Shown here one piece after another: positions 12,631 to 24,765 of a stretch of DNA of 64,000 nucleotides. Origin of the DNA: Eledone cirrhosa (lineage: Eukaryota); the NCBI GenBank assembly GCA_964016885.1, contig OZ024741.1, forward strand, positions 359,414,001 through 359,478,000, read 5' to 3'. Each line of letters opens with the position of its first letter. The stretch's first letter is position 1. Under the pieces are notes generated by a model. The model saw nothing but the letters and a program-made list of their open reading frames with translations, was not told where the DNA came from and did not search any database. The position numbers and the translations under genes were made by a program.

Positions 12631-14565
12631 AACTCTTACCACTCTGTACCACATGAAAACACATTTGCAAGACATTCTTGAAAAGTACAAAAGAACACTA
12701 TAACTGCATCATATTACAAACTGAAGTTTATTGCAAATTTTCATGGTTTTTCCACTAGTAATGATATTATAAAAATTTGAAATAACAAACCCATTTTTAG
12801 TTATTTTTTTACTGAACCATTACAAAATGTTGAGTTAATGAGTTAATCTGATATCTGGAACATAATTTAACAAAGGTTCTTATAAATAAGATGGAACGTT
12901 TTTAGATAAATATAAATACTTTAAATAAAAGTCTTGCATTGTAGAACCAATAGTCAAAGTGGTTACTGTGTTACCTCTCCATCAGTTCCAACGATGAATA
13001 TTCTAGTTGTTTAATCAATAGATTAACCTACTCATGAAATTAATGGCTGAACATTCTATAGACAGGTGTGCCATTAACATAGTCCTCAGGAAGATTCAAT
13101 GTAACTCACTGTGTAATAAAGCTGGCTCTTTGAATTACAGCTACAACTCATATTTGTCAACCGAGAGGACTGGAACAGCATGAAATAAAGTGTCTTGTTC
13201 AAAGGCATGCCACTTTGAATCACAACATGCCACTTTGAATCAAACTCATGACCTTACGATTGTGAGTTAAACATCTTAACCACTAAGCCACATACCTTCA
13301 CACAGTATATTTACTGACTCAATAAAAATAAAATTAGGTTAATTACAGGAAAATTCCAAGCCGATAGCCTCATTACATTATCATAAAAACCTCTGTCATG
13401 TCACCTGATTTTGATAATTGATATCACTACAGCTATGAGGGAAATAAATTTTAGAGGCTAAGGTTATGCAAAGAGAGAGCCATAAGACTGAGGTTGGGAA
13501 AGAAAAAGGAACCCCCAAAAACTGAAAAATAGGAGAACACCATCCCTTTGTATAACTTACACCCTATTTCCATCAAAATTACAGCTGAAAGAAGCAGTGT
13601 CATTTAATACTCCAGCATAGAAAAGTGGATATAAATCTAATAATTTATTGTTATTTACTGTAACAGCAACAATAACAGTGTGATTGTTGTTATGTCTATT
13701 TTAAATGTTTCTTTTTTGAATATTGTCTAGACATGTATGTGTATGTATGTAGTGGCCAATGGTAACAGCAAGAATCATTTGGTGAAAGGTTATCAGTGCC
13801 CTTCATCCTCCCGGTTTGTCAGCTCAACCTTTCTGATGTGCAGAACCCCAGATGTATACTGACTCGTGACCCCAGTGAACAGAATAGAGAAAGCATTACC
13901 CTAGAAGACAACTTAGGAGACATGCTGAAAAAGCCATTCAAATGTGTAGGACTCACTCATGCAGGTAGCAAACTGGATCCTAATAGCAGCAATGGTTCAG
14001 ATAGAATGCTTTGCGATATTTGTTGTGGCTCTTTGTAATTTTAGTTCAAATCCTACTGAAGTCAGCTTTGCCTTTCATCCATTTGGAGTTCATAAATAAA
14101 ATACCAGTTAAATACTAAAGTCATGGCTTCTTTCTTTCTTTCATGGAAAGAAGGCAGCTGCAGTCAAATCTAGAGAGAGATAGGCTCCAGCAGATTTAAT
14201 TTTTTTTAATATTAGACTGCCCATGATTCTACAATACAAAACTTTATTTTTAAAGCGTTGATATTATTTTAAAATCTGTAATTTTCTTTATGAACCATTG
14301 TTAAGTTATGCCCAAAATATCAGCTTAATCATGAGAAAGTTGATAATATTTCTAAATCTCTCCAAATTCTTAATATTTTCAAAAACTATTTGAAAATCCT
14401 ACGCAATGTCTTTCGTTACAAATATAGTAACAAATGGTTAACTGCCCAAGAAAATCTCTGTCATTATGGTGTCCCTACGATGTTATTGGTAGTTAAGGAT
14501 CCAATGAATATATTGAAATATATTGATTCAATGTTTTTTGTTGTTTTTTTTAAACATAGATCAAA

Positions 14566-14736
14566 ATGTTAACAACACTAGATCCTGAGATTGAAAAATG
14601 CTTAAAGCAATGTGAACTGCAAAATTCTGCTAGTCCTATGACTAAGCAGTACTTGAAGCTTAATATCCTGACAAAAAGATATGCCAAAGGACTGAACCCA
14701 ATTAATATTACGTTTACTGGAGAGAAAAAATATGAA
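14566..14736 (+). CDS. ATF3/Fos-family bZIP gene, first identified coding exon
   Basis: Polypyrimidine tract and acceptor ..aaacatag at 14559; ATG 14566; SPMTKQYLKLNILTKRYAKGL resembles the ATF3/JDP2 pre-bZIP P..KEEL...I...R motif; phase-0 donor GTAAGT at 14737. Confidence 0.75.
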
Positions 14737-14817
14737 GTAAGTTTTATTGGTTTCTAAGTTTGGGATAATATCAAATATTTGGTTGGAGGGAATATATATA
14801 TATATATATATATATAT

Positions 14818-15759
14818 GGGGAGGGTGCTCTGAAAGTACTGTAGCTAGAGTCAGAACTGGTTGGAAAAAGTTCAGAGAGCTTATACCACTATTAGCTGCT
14901 AAAGGGTTCTCACTAAAAATGAAAGGCAGGTTGTACGATGCCTGCATACGAACAGCAATGCTGCATGGCAGTGAGACCTGGGCATTGTGTGCAGAGGATA
15001 TACGCAGACTAGAGAGGAACGAAGCTTGCATGCTCCGCTGGATGTGTAACAGTAATATACGTGAACGGCAAAGCATAAACGAACTAAGGAAAAAATTAGA
15101 GATAAGAGGGATCAGATGTTGTTTACTCGAGAAAAGGCTACGTTGGTATGGACACGTGATGCGCATGAAAGTCGATAGCTGTATAACAAAGTGCAGGGCA
15201 ATAAAGATAGACGGTAGTCACGGAATAGGCAGACCTAGAAAAACCTGGGACGAGCTGATAAACTCCGACATCACACACTTACACCTCTCCAAGACAATGT
15301 CACTGGACCGAGACCTTTGGCGGTACTCAGTAACAGAGAAGACCCGCCTTACCTAAATATATAGTAAAACCTACTCCAGCCAGTAGGCATCTCTAACAAA
15401 ATACACCCCGTCCCACCACCACCACCCCCACCCCATCCACACCACCCCGTTCTATGTAAAGTTATGTTGGTGCCGCGCCATCGAGGCCGAAACAAATGAG
15501 ATCGTGTAGGTGTCACGACAAAAAAAACACACAGTCCACGCTGTAATGTGGCCGTGTAGGCAACACGGTAAAAACCTCCCAGACCCACACTGTAAATGTG
15601 GTTGGTGTTAGGAAGGGCATCCAACTGTAGAAAACCTGCCAGACAGTCCTATGCGAGCAAGACAATCACTCTTGCCTCAAGTGGGACTACCCCCGTCCAA
15701 ACCCATGCAAGCGTGGAACACGGACGTTAAACGTTGATGATGATGATGATGATGATGAT
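14818..15759 (+). mobile_element. RTE LINE, 5'-truncated copy 1 (intronic)
   Basis: ORF 14919..15356 is near-identical to the end of 28554..30998; (GAT)n tail; inserted in (AT)n. Confidence 0.95.
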
Positions 15760-16239
15760 ATATATATCATCATCATCATCAGCATAGCACACTCTGTAAG
15801 GAGGTAATGTTGGTACCATGATAAATTGTACCCAGTCACCCTGAAGTGGTAGTACTTGTGCCACAATAAAATATACCCAGCCAACTCTGTAATGGAGTAG
15901 TGTTTGTGTTGTGATACAATGCACCCAGTCCACCATGTAAAGTGTTAATATATGCTGTAAAGTAGTTGGTATTAGGAAGGACATCTAGCCATAGAAACCA
16001 TGCTAAATTGGAATGTATGAGCATTGACATGGTTCTCTGACCTGTCTATTCTCAGAACATGACAACTTGTCCAACCCATGCCAGCATGAAAAATTGACTT
16101 AAAATTGTGATGATAATGATGTAAGCATGTGTATGTGACATAATTCTGATTTCAATGATAAACAAGATGATAGATGATAGTGGAGAAGCAAATGAGATAT
16201 TCCTTGTGTTAACCCTAATACTTTTGTCTATGTGAACAG

Positions 16240-16347
16240 TTGAGACCTGAAGAGGAGCTAAAGAAAGAGAAACGACGTGAACAGAACCGGAGAGCTGCTG
16301 CTAAATGTCGCAACAACAAAAAATGGGAAGCAAACCTTTCTATAGCT
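16240..16347 (+). CDS. ATF3/Fos-family bZIP gene, basic-region exon (108 bp)
   Basis: aacag|TTG...GCT|gtgagt; encodes LRPEEELKKEKRREQNRRAAAKCRNNKKWEANLSIA with the N-x7-R basic motif; same 36-codon phase-0 exon as in Fos/ATF3 genes. Confidence 0.9.
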
Positions 16348-16410
16348 GTGAGTAGTTTATACTTTACTTTTACTATTTTCACTATTTCAATACTGCTTTG
16401 ATCTTTTTAA

Positions 16411-16600
16411 CCCTTTAGTACCCGGCCAGAATTCTCTCACCTCTTTCAGTTCAAACCAGCTGTAACCGGCCTCTCATACTGATGTTAAAGTAGTCTTCTC
16501 AAAATAAATTATATCAAAATCTCATAGATTCGATATTATGTGAGGTAAAGCCTTTAACATTAAAATATAGTAAATACAGAGTAATGTAAATGCTAAAGGG
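16411..16600. mobile_element. piggyBac-like MITE, family 1, in bZIP intron
   Basis: TTAA|CCCTTTAG ... CTAAAGGG|TTAA; homologous to 1759-1966. Confidence 0.85.
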
Positions 16601-16918
16601 TTAAATAGTGATTTGTTCTTAATTGAAAATAGTTAATTTTGACTGAATTAAACTAGTGATATATATTTTCATGAGCATTTTTTTTTTTTTGTTGAAGGTT
16701 TGCATATAGGCAACTTTTGTCCCAACAGTATTATAAATTGAGATAACTTAATCCCTGTACTGGCTGGTTCAATGGGTTGATATGATTAAAACATCAATGG
16801 GATTGTTCCCTGTCGTCAGTATTTAAGAAAGGAAGAATAAGGTACGACAGTTTGAAAACATTAACACATGATATACTGTAACCTATTTTAATGGATTACA
16901 TTTTGTTTTGTTTTTCAG

Positions 16919-19150
16919 AATCTCTTGAAAGAAGAAGAAAAACAAAGAAGTTTACAAAATGACATATTCAAATTAACAGATCTGAAAGAAAATATGGTAA
17001 ATCTTCTGTCTTGTTACACATATGAGGACAGAGACAGCAACAGCAATGAATTCTGGGACCATTCTAGCTGCAGTAATATCAATCAAAACTGGGAAATGCA
17101 GACTTACAGAGAAAAGGAATTGTATAAAACACAGTACATTATTGATAATTCCTTGTTTAACACACAACCTTCACATTCAAATACATTGAACAGTCATCAG
17201 CAGCAGATTTATTATCCATCAGTTTCCGTTGAAGCAACCTCTTCTGTAAATGTTTCTTTTCAGAAATATAACCAATCTCAAAATTCTTCAAACTTTAATG
17301 ACATTTATTATTTTCCTTGTCCAGCTAATTTGGATAATAGTGGAACTTCCAATATCTACAGCAACATTCCAAATGCTTCTGCCTCTAGTTCTATGTTTGA
17401 TTCAAAGCACAGTCTTCATTGTTATGAATCTGTTGGTTTGGGGACTGCTTTTGATGGCAGTATCTATGAGAATTTCCAAACATCTGCCAATATAAATAGC
17501 AACATCAAACAGAATGTATCTACTATTATAAATAGCAACATTAATGTTAGTGCACCTGTAAATGATAACAGCAACATTGATTTTGGTGCACCTGTAAATG
17601 ATAACAGCAACATTGATTTTGGTGTACCTGTTGATGTAAATAGCAACATTGATTTTGGCGCACCTGTTGATGTAAATAGCAACATTGATTTTGGTGCACC
17701 TGTTGATGTAAATAGCAACACTTGTTTTGGTGCACCTGCCAATGTAAATAGCAACACTTGTTTTGGTGCACCTGCCAATGTAAATAGCAACACTGGTTTT
17801 GGTGCACCTGTTGATGTAAATAGCAACATTGATTTTGGTGCACCTGTTGATGTAAATAGCAACATTGATTTTGGCGCACCTGTTGATGTAAATAGCAACA
17901 TAGATTTCAGTGTACCTGTTGATGTAAATAGAAACACTGGTTTCTGTGTACCTGTTGATGTAAATAGCAACATTGATTTTGGTGTACCTGTTGATGTAAA
18001 TAGCAACAATGGTTTTGATGCACCTGCCAATGTAAATAGCAACACTGGTTTCAGTGTACCTGTTGATGTAAATAACAACATTGATTTTGGTATACCTGTT
18101 GATGAAAATAGCAACACTGGTTTCAGTGTACCTGTTGATATAAATAGCAACATTGATTTTGGTACACCTGTTGATGAAAATAGCAACACTGGTTTCAGTG
18201 TACCTGTTGATATAAATAGCAACATTGATTTTGGTACACCTGTTGATGTAAATAGCAACATTGATTTTGGTACACCTGTTGATGAAAATAGCAACACTGG
18301 TTTCAGTGTACCTGTTGATGTAAATAGCAACATTGATTTTGGTACACCTGTTGATGTAAATAGCAACACTGGTTTCAGTGTACCTGTTGATGTAAATAGC
18401 AACATTGATTTTGGTATACCTGTTGATGTAAATAGCAACATTGATTTTGGTACACCTGTTGATGTAAATAGCAACATTGATTTTGGTATACCTGTTGATG
18501 TAAATAGCAACACTGGTTTCAGTGTACCTGTTGATGTAAATAGCAACATTGATTTTGGTATACCTGTTGATGAAAATAGCAACACTGGTTTCAGTGTACC
18601 TGTTGATGTAAATAGCAACATTGATTTTGGTATACCTGTTGATGTAAATAGCAACACTGGTTTCAGTGTACCTGTTGATGTAAATAGCAACATTGATTTT
18701 GGTATACCTGTTGATGTAAATAGCAACACTGGTTTCAGTGTACCTGTTGATGTAAATAGCAACATTGATTTTGGTATACCTGTTGATGTAAATAGCAACA
18801 CTGGTTTCAGTGTACCTGTTGATGTAAATAGCAACATTGATTTTGGTACACCTGTTGATGAAAATAGCAACACTGGTTTCAGTGTACCTGTACCTGTCAA
18901 TGAAAGTATTGAAATCAACTTCAATTCACATAAAAATATAAATAGCAACATAAACTATGACACATATGGTAATGTAACTAACAATAAATTTGCTGATAAG
19001 AACAGCAACATTATCTTTTGTGTAGCAGCTGTCAATGACATGCAGTTAGAGAACATTGGTTTCAATTTGAATGAAGTCAATTATTGCAATCAAAACATGA
19101 ACAAAATATTTGATCTACTACCATTTGATAGATCCTGTGTCTCGAATTAA
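16919..19150 (+). CDS. ATF3/Fos-family bZIP gene, last exon: zipper plus repeat-rich C-terminus
   Basis: Acceptor ttttcag at 16918; NLLKEEEKQRSLQNDIFKLTDLKENMVNLLSCY aligns with the Fos zipper; in frame with ORF 16925..19150; candidate AATAAA at 19239. Spliced product 836 aa from Met 14566. Confidence 0.85.
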   Translation, partial: NLLKEEEKQRSLQNDIFKLTDLKENMVNLLSCYTYEDRDSNSNEFWDHSSCSNINQNWEMQTYREKELYKTQYIIDNSLFNTQPSHSNTLNSHQQQIYYPSVSVEATSSVNVSFQKYNQSQNSSNFNDIYYFPCPANLDNSGTSNIYSNIPNASASSSMFDSKHSLHCYESVGLGTAFDGSIYENFQTSANINSNIKQNVSTIINSNINVSAPVNDNSNIDFGAPVNDNSNIDFGVPVDVNSNIDFGAPVDVNSNIDFGAPVDVNSNTCFGAPANVNSNTCFGAPANVNSNTGFGAPVDVNSNIDFGAPVDVNSNIDFGAPVDVNSNIDFSVPVDVNRNTGFCVPVDVNSNIDFGVPVDVNSNNGFDAPANVNSNTGFSVPVDVNNNIDFGIPVDENSNTGFSVPVDINSNIDFGTPVDENSNTGFSVPVDINSNIDFGTPVDVNSNIDFGTPVDENSNTGFSVPVDVNSNIDFGTPVDVNSNTGFSVPVDVNSNIDFGIPVDVNSNIDFGTPVDVNSNIDFGIPVDVNSNTGFSVPVDVNSNIDFGIPVDENSNTGFSVPVDVNSNIDFGIPVDVNSNTGFSVPVDVNSNIDFGIPVDVNSNTGFSVPVDVNSNIDFGIPVDVNSNTGFSVPVDVNSNIDFGTPVDENSNTGFSVPVPVNESIEINFNSHKNINSNINYDTYGNVTNNKFADKNSNIIFCVAAVNDMQLENIGFNLNEVNYCNQNMNKIFDLLPFDRSCVSN
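17554..18890 (+). repeat. Coding 33-bp tandem repeat, ~40 copies (PVDVNSNIDFGx / PVDVNSNTGFSV)
   Basis: Visible in the DNA (cctgttgatgtaaatagcaac...) and in the translation, with no frameshift or stop across the array. Confidence 0.97.
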
Positions 19151-20904
19151 AACATCTTGTGTACATCTTTATTGTGGATCACACTATGTTAGTGCTATTG
19201 CTAATTTATACTAATTGGTCAAGCCTACACTATATGTAAATAAACTTTCACCAAGAATAGTTTGTTTACAAAATCCATAAGAACATATTATCTTCCATGC
19301 CACATCATATGGACATAAGTGCTGATGATGAGTAATGACTCTGAAATACAAGCATACACAACTCCTAGTTCAATGCTGATGTAGCTGTGACATGATCACG
19401 GTGATAGTAAATGTATGTTTACTGCATTAAACATGTCAAATATTGGTTTATATGCACCTTTATTTTATAAAATTATGGATATGTGACCATCCCAAACAGA
19501 TGACAATGGTTTGGATTTCTAAAAGTACCAAATAGCAAGAGAGGAAATTTACACAAAAGATATGTGTATATCCTGGTTTTTAGAATAGATACATCGTATC
19601 CCTGTATGTTGCAAGAGGCGATTAATAGGGTTGGTGTCAGAAAGGGTATTTAGCTGTAAACATTGCCATAAAACAGCCCATTCAACCCATACCAGCATAG
19701 AAAATTGGACTTAAAAATGATGATGATATGGATATGTACCTGTCCCAATGAACACAAACATATGACAATTTCTGTCTTTTACAAAAATAGAACTCTAAAA
19801 GTATCAAATAGCAGGATAGGCAGTCAAGAAATTTGCTCAAAAGATATAGGGAAATACTAATCTTTCTCTACAAAAGACTTTTATGTGTTCCACATCTCAA
19901 ACATATTTATGGAATTACTTTGGGAAACATTTTACTAGAGCCTGAAGGAGTACACGAAAGCTTATGTAAGCATGTGGTTTTGTGTTAGGGTGTTTATGTC
20001 ATGAGTTTGATTCCTAGCAATATATTTCCCTAAACAACACTTATTTCATGTTGCTCCAATCCACTTAACTGTAAAAAAAAAAAACAGTCAGCCAGTACTT
20101 CAAAGAGCCAGTCATGTCTCACACCGAATTTCCGAGATGAAGACGGATTGTGACAGAAAGCTGTGCTGCAGAAGACATGTCTGACTCATGCAAGCATGGT
20201 GAGGTGGATGTAAAAATAATGATAGTGGTGGTGGTGTTATTGTTGTTAGTGGAGGTGATGTTGGTGATGATAATTATGACTAATATGCTTTTGAGTCACT
20301 TACAGATTATAGCAATAAAAAAAAAGCTGAAAACAAATGCAAAATAGTTAACAGAAACTATTTGTATGTAACCCTAAATTATTTAATGTATGTATTTATT
20401 TTTGTTTTACATAACTTATTAAAATTTTTTTGATAAACAATATATTTATACAGTTTTATTTATTGTTTTAATTTATTTCTTTATTTCCACACTGTAAACA
20501 TAGTTGGTGTTAGGAAGGGCATCCAGTTGTAAAAACCCCATCCAAAATACAGTTCCATTTCAGCAAGGTACGGCATGGCCAACAGGCCAGACTTGTATCA
20601 TAACCTGGATGACCTATCTAACCCAAGCAAGCATGGATAAATAGACGTTAAATGGTGATGATGATGATTTATGTTATTCCCAGCTGAAAATAGACAGGTT
20701 TGTCTCTCCGGTGAAAGAGAAGACAACATTGCATAAAACACAAGTAAACATTGTAGTGCTGCGGTATACAAAGATAGGTTGTAAACAGAGCTGGCACCTG
20801 GGTATTTAGCGCCCTAGACTAGCTCTACGATGTGACACCTTATTCTTGTCACCAACGACGATACATCCAACTCTTGGTAGAAGGGAGAATGGACGTAAAC
20901 TGAT

Positions 20905-21135
20905 GCTGATGATGGTGGTGGTGGTGGTGATAGTGGTGATGGTGGTGATAGTGGTGGTGGTTGTGGGCATAATGGTGGTGGTTGTGGTGGTAATGGTGCT
21001 GATGGTGGTGGTGGTAATGGTGCTGATGTGGTGGTGGTAATGTGTTGATGGTGGTGGTAATGGTTCTGATGGTGGTGGTGGTGATGAGAGTAATAGTGTG
21101 TGTGTAGGGGGCGATGGTGATGATGATGATGATGA
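20905..21135. repeat. (GGT/GAT)n low-complexity tract
   Basis: Trinucleotide-rich run. Confidence 0.9.
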
Positions 21136-21872
21136 TATAAAGTCATTGATCAATAACTGAATGTCATTTTAAAATAAAGTAACATTTAGCAAAAGGTGAA
21201 TAAGGGCAACAAGTTGGCAGAATCGTTAGCTCGCCAGATAAAACGGCTTGCAGTAATTGTTCTGGCTGTCAGTGTTCTGAGTTCAAATCCTGCTGAAACG
21301 CTTAATAAATAGCACACCAGTCTGTTGGTGACGGTCATCCTCTTGCTCTCTCTCTCTCACCCTCTTTCTCTCTAGAAAAAATCAGTTGTGTTCAAAACTG
21401 GTGAGGAATGGGTTCTGCCACACCAAGTTTAAAATGCCTAAGACATGTCATACACTATGATAGTGCTCCTATGACTACATCAGAAGATATGGGTCTGAAG
21501 AAATATTTAAAATAAAAAGACTGGAAATTGTAATGTAACTGGCTGTTTTTTATTAACGAAACTGAACTATATTTACTGACTCAAAGTTGACAATATTTCA
21601 GTGGTAGTGAAACAGAAATTACTGAGAGGTGAAGACAAATCACAAAATGTGGTATTCCTTCCAGAATATGGTACTCCTATATATAATAGGTTGACGGAAC
21701 TAGCATGTGTATCATTGCTAGGACCGGTTGCATAATATATATATGTGTGTGTGTGTATAGCACGATTAAAAAGTTTAAAACTAGTTAGCTATTATTCAAC
21801 AGAGTACATGATACCTGGGCAGTAGAGTGTGACTATATTAGAAAGAGTCTTTCTAATATATATATATATATA

Positions 21873-23021
21873 TCTGAAAATGTTCAAGACCCCGACAGCA
21901 GAGCTGGAGTTGCTCCTATCTTGTTCGGCAAGTGGGGAAAAGAAGGATGTTGCAGCCATTGTCTACCCACCCGGGTCATGAGGAGGTTTGAGGGGAGGTA
22001 AGTCCTACGCAATCAGTGTTTACATGCAGTTACAAGTTCGTCTTTTTTGTTTAGTAGTTGGTCCTTCGTAAACAGCATTTGTATTGTTTCCTCCGAGCAT
22101 AAGTTACACGGACGGCGTCCTCCCATGTAGGAGTTTGCCTTGGACAGTAAGCTCCAAGTAAGATGGAATGTTATGTTATTATCTTGGAGGTCCCAGATGT
22201 GGCCTGAAAGTGTAGTGTCATGTCGTCGGGCTGGGTTTCTGAACTTACATAGGTAGATGTACTTCTTTTCTTTTTTCCCTTTATCTCTTCTTCTCACTTC
22301 CTTCCACTCCCTCTCCTCTTCTTTTTCCTTTTTTCTCCTACCCTGAGACAGCCCATAGGGCTTTTGTAGCCTCAGTATTTACTGGGGTGGGGGACCCCAG
22401 TAAATTCTATATCGCACTGGCCGAAAACGCAATACCAGCTAAAAATATAGCAGCTGCTTTAGACTCGTTTTTTTTTATTATTTTTAATTTTTTTTTTTTT
22501 TATTATTTTAATTTTTAATATTATTATTTTTATTTATTATTTTTTAATTTTTTAATCTTAATTTATTAACCTTTTAATTTTATAACTTCCCACTCTCAGA
22601 TTCCTCCAGAATTCTTTGTCGCCTGCTTTCTACCTAGCCTAATTTCTTACACACTCCTTAGAATTTGCTGTATAGAATTCACTTTCAACGCTTGACCGGC
22701 TACACCCACTCCCTCATTGTTCTTCCGGTTAAGTTCAGCCACCCCCACCTTTCCACCCATGAAAGATTTAATTATGTTTACAAGAAATTGTGACCAATCC
22801 TTTTGACAACTACAATCTTCCCATATAAGGAATTACCCCCTGAAAGGTTCGGCTATTTATTACCACGCTATAAATTCTAATTTAGTCCAGAAATACCCGT
22901 CGAAACGGCTTGAGCTCTGCCGTCGGGGTCTTCAACATTTTCCTATTACCCACTCTACTACCCTAAGTATTGAGTACTCTGGTACGTTATGGTCCATCTG
23001 GTTCCTTACCATACTTCCTTC

Positions 23022-23023
<2 letters not shown>
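21873..23023 (-). mobile_element. Rearranged Naiad-type Penelope-like remnant (GIY-YIG C-terminus plus inverted pLTR)
   Basis: ORF 22013..22297 has TTLSGHIW.L...W.....Y.....CNLC.EE....LLNKKDELV..CKH, homologous to 25913..26701; inverted segment 21876-21905 / 22912-22941; (TA)n on both sides. Confidence 0.8.
22835..22929 (+). ncRNA. Hammerhead-like motif with variant core
   Basis: Stem I ACCCC/GGGGT; CTGAAAG (deviates from CUGANGA); stem II CGGCTATTT/AAATACCCG; GAAA; stem III ACGGC/GCCGT; GTC triplet 22922-22924. Confidence 0.55.
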
Positions 23024-23075
<52 letters not shown>

Positions 23076-23264
23076 GATAAATCTACCAAGAGTTTACGGT
23101 AGTGTCCAATCCGTATGAAGAACTCAATGTAATCCGGATATCATGGAAAGAAGAGATGCAAAATCACTTTCGGTGAAAGATAAACGGAATACAGAGTCAA
23201 GATAAAGTATTAAAAAAATAATGAATAAAACAATGAAACAGTTCCTTATATTAAACAAAAAAAG

Positions 23265-23407
23265 TTCATTATTTAACGATCGTTTCTAGGACATATATGT
23301 GTTAGAATTGGCATGCATATTCAACAGATCTATGTACAAAATTATACAAACTATCAAATTTAATATACATACCAACACATACATATGCCGTCTTCAGAAA
23401 TAATGAA
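23265..23407 (-). ncRNA. Type I hammerhead ribozyme motif with long stem II (sense to the Penelope ORF)
   Basis: Minus strand: TTCATTATTT-CTGAAGA-CGGCATATGTATGTGTTGG...CTAACACATATATGTCCTA-GAAAC-GATC-GTT-AAATAATGAA; 10-bp stem I. Confidence 0.72.
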
Positions 23408-24515
23408 ATATATTTATTGATAATAACAACAATTCAAAATTACAGGTCTGTTTGGGAACAGAGTTCAAATTGACCAATGAAATACACAAAAATATATCAA
23501 GAAAATACAGTTAGGTGTGTGTATATATGTAAGTAACTTCGTTCACAGATATGCATAAAAATATATGTTCACATGCATACGCATGTCGAAAAAATGTATT
23601 TAAATACAAAAATTCAGGGCTAATGTCTCTGTATGTTTATAATCTACAGACAAAATACACATACGTATATAAACATATATACATTCATATATACACACAT
23701 ATACATACATTCACACACACACGCGCATATACACATAAACATACACATAATCACGAACATACACACACACACATATGTATATATTATTATTATAAGCATA
23801 TGGACATTAAGGCGCACACATAAGCACTGCCACATATATTTACATCTAGATGCAGAAGTAGGTAAGGGGGTCAGTAATTACTACGGGTGTCAGACAACTG
23901 CCTATTTAGGAAATGTATCTATAAATTTAGAAATAAAAAGAAATATATTAAAAAAAATATATAAACAAGTAAAATATAAAATACACATCGATATACATAT
24001 ATATATATATACACATATATATACATATATATACACACACATATATATAGAGACACATACATATATAAATACATAGACACATATACATACACACATATAT
24101 ATATATACATATATTCACAACACACATATATATATACACACACATATGTACATACACATATACACATAGATACCCATATATATATATACACATACACACA
24201 CATATATACACACACACATATACACAGATATATATATATATATATACATACACACACACATATATATAGACACACACACATACATATACGTATATATACA
24301 CATACACACATCCATGTATGCATATACACATACAACCACATGCTCACACAACTCAGACATACATAAATAAAGAGATATATATATACACATATACATATAT
24401 ATCTATATCTATATATATATATATATATACATACACATAAATATATACACACACACACACACACACATATACATACACATATACATATATATATATATAT
24501 ATATACATATATATT

Positions 24516-24551
<36 letters not shown>

Positions 24552-24575
24552 TACACACAGTCAGACAATTATGCA

Positions 24576-24606
<31 letters not shown>

Positions 24607-24728
24607 ACACACATCTCTACAAATATATATACTCACATACACATGCACACATACATATATACAAACACACATATACATATAGACATATATATACACATAT
24701 ATATACACATATATATATATACATATAT

Positions 24729-24765
<37 letters not shown>

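Noticed and set aside
17554-18890. CRISPR-like array
   Set aside because: Contiguous tandem units without unique spacers, in an intron-containing eukaryotic gene; no cas genes.
17464-18951. 495-aa antisense ORF over the 33-bp repeat
   Set aside because: By-product of a stop-free repeat unit; it ends near the array edges, and the sense frame is linked to the bZIP exons.
22013-22015. TGA after CKH as possible selenocysteine (reported for some Naiad elements)
   Set aside because: It aligns to a basic residue (K in the intact paralogue), so CGA>TGA decay is more likely. The large element's internal stop is TAA and its linker cysteines are normal.
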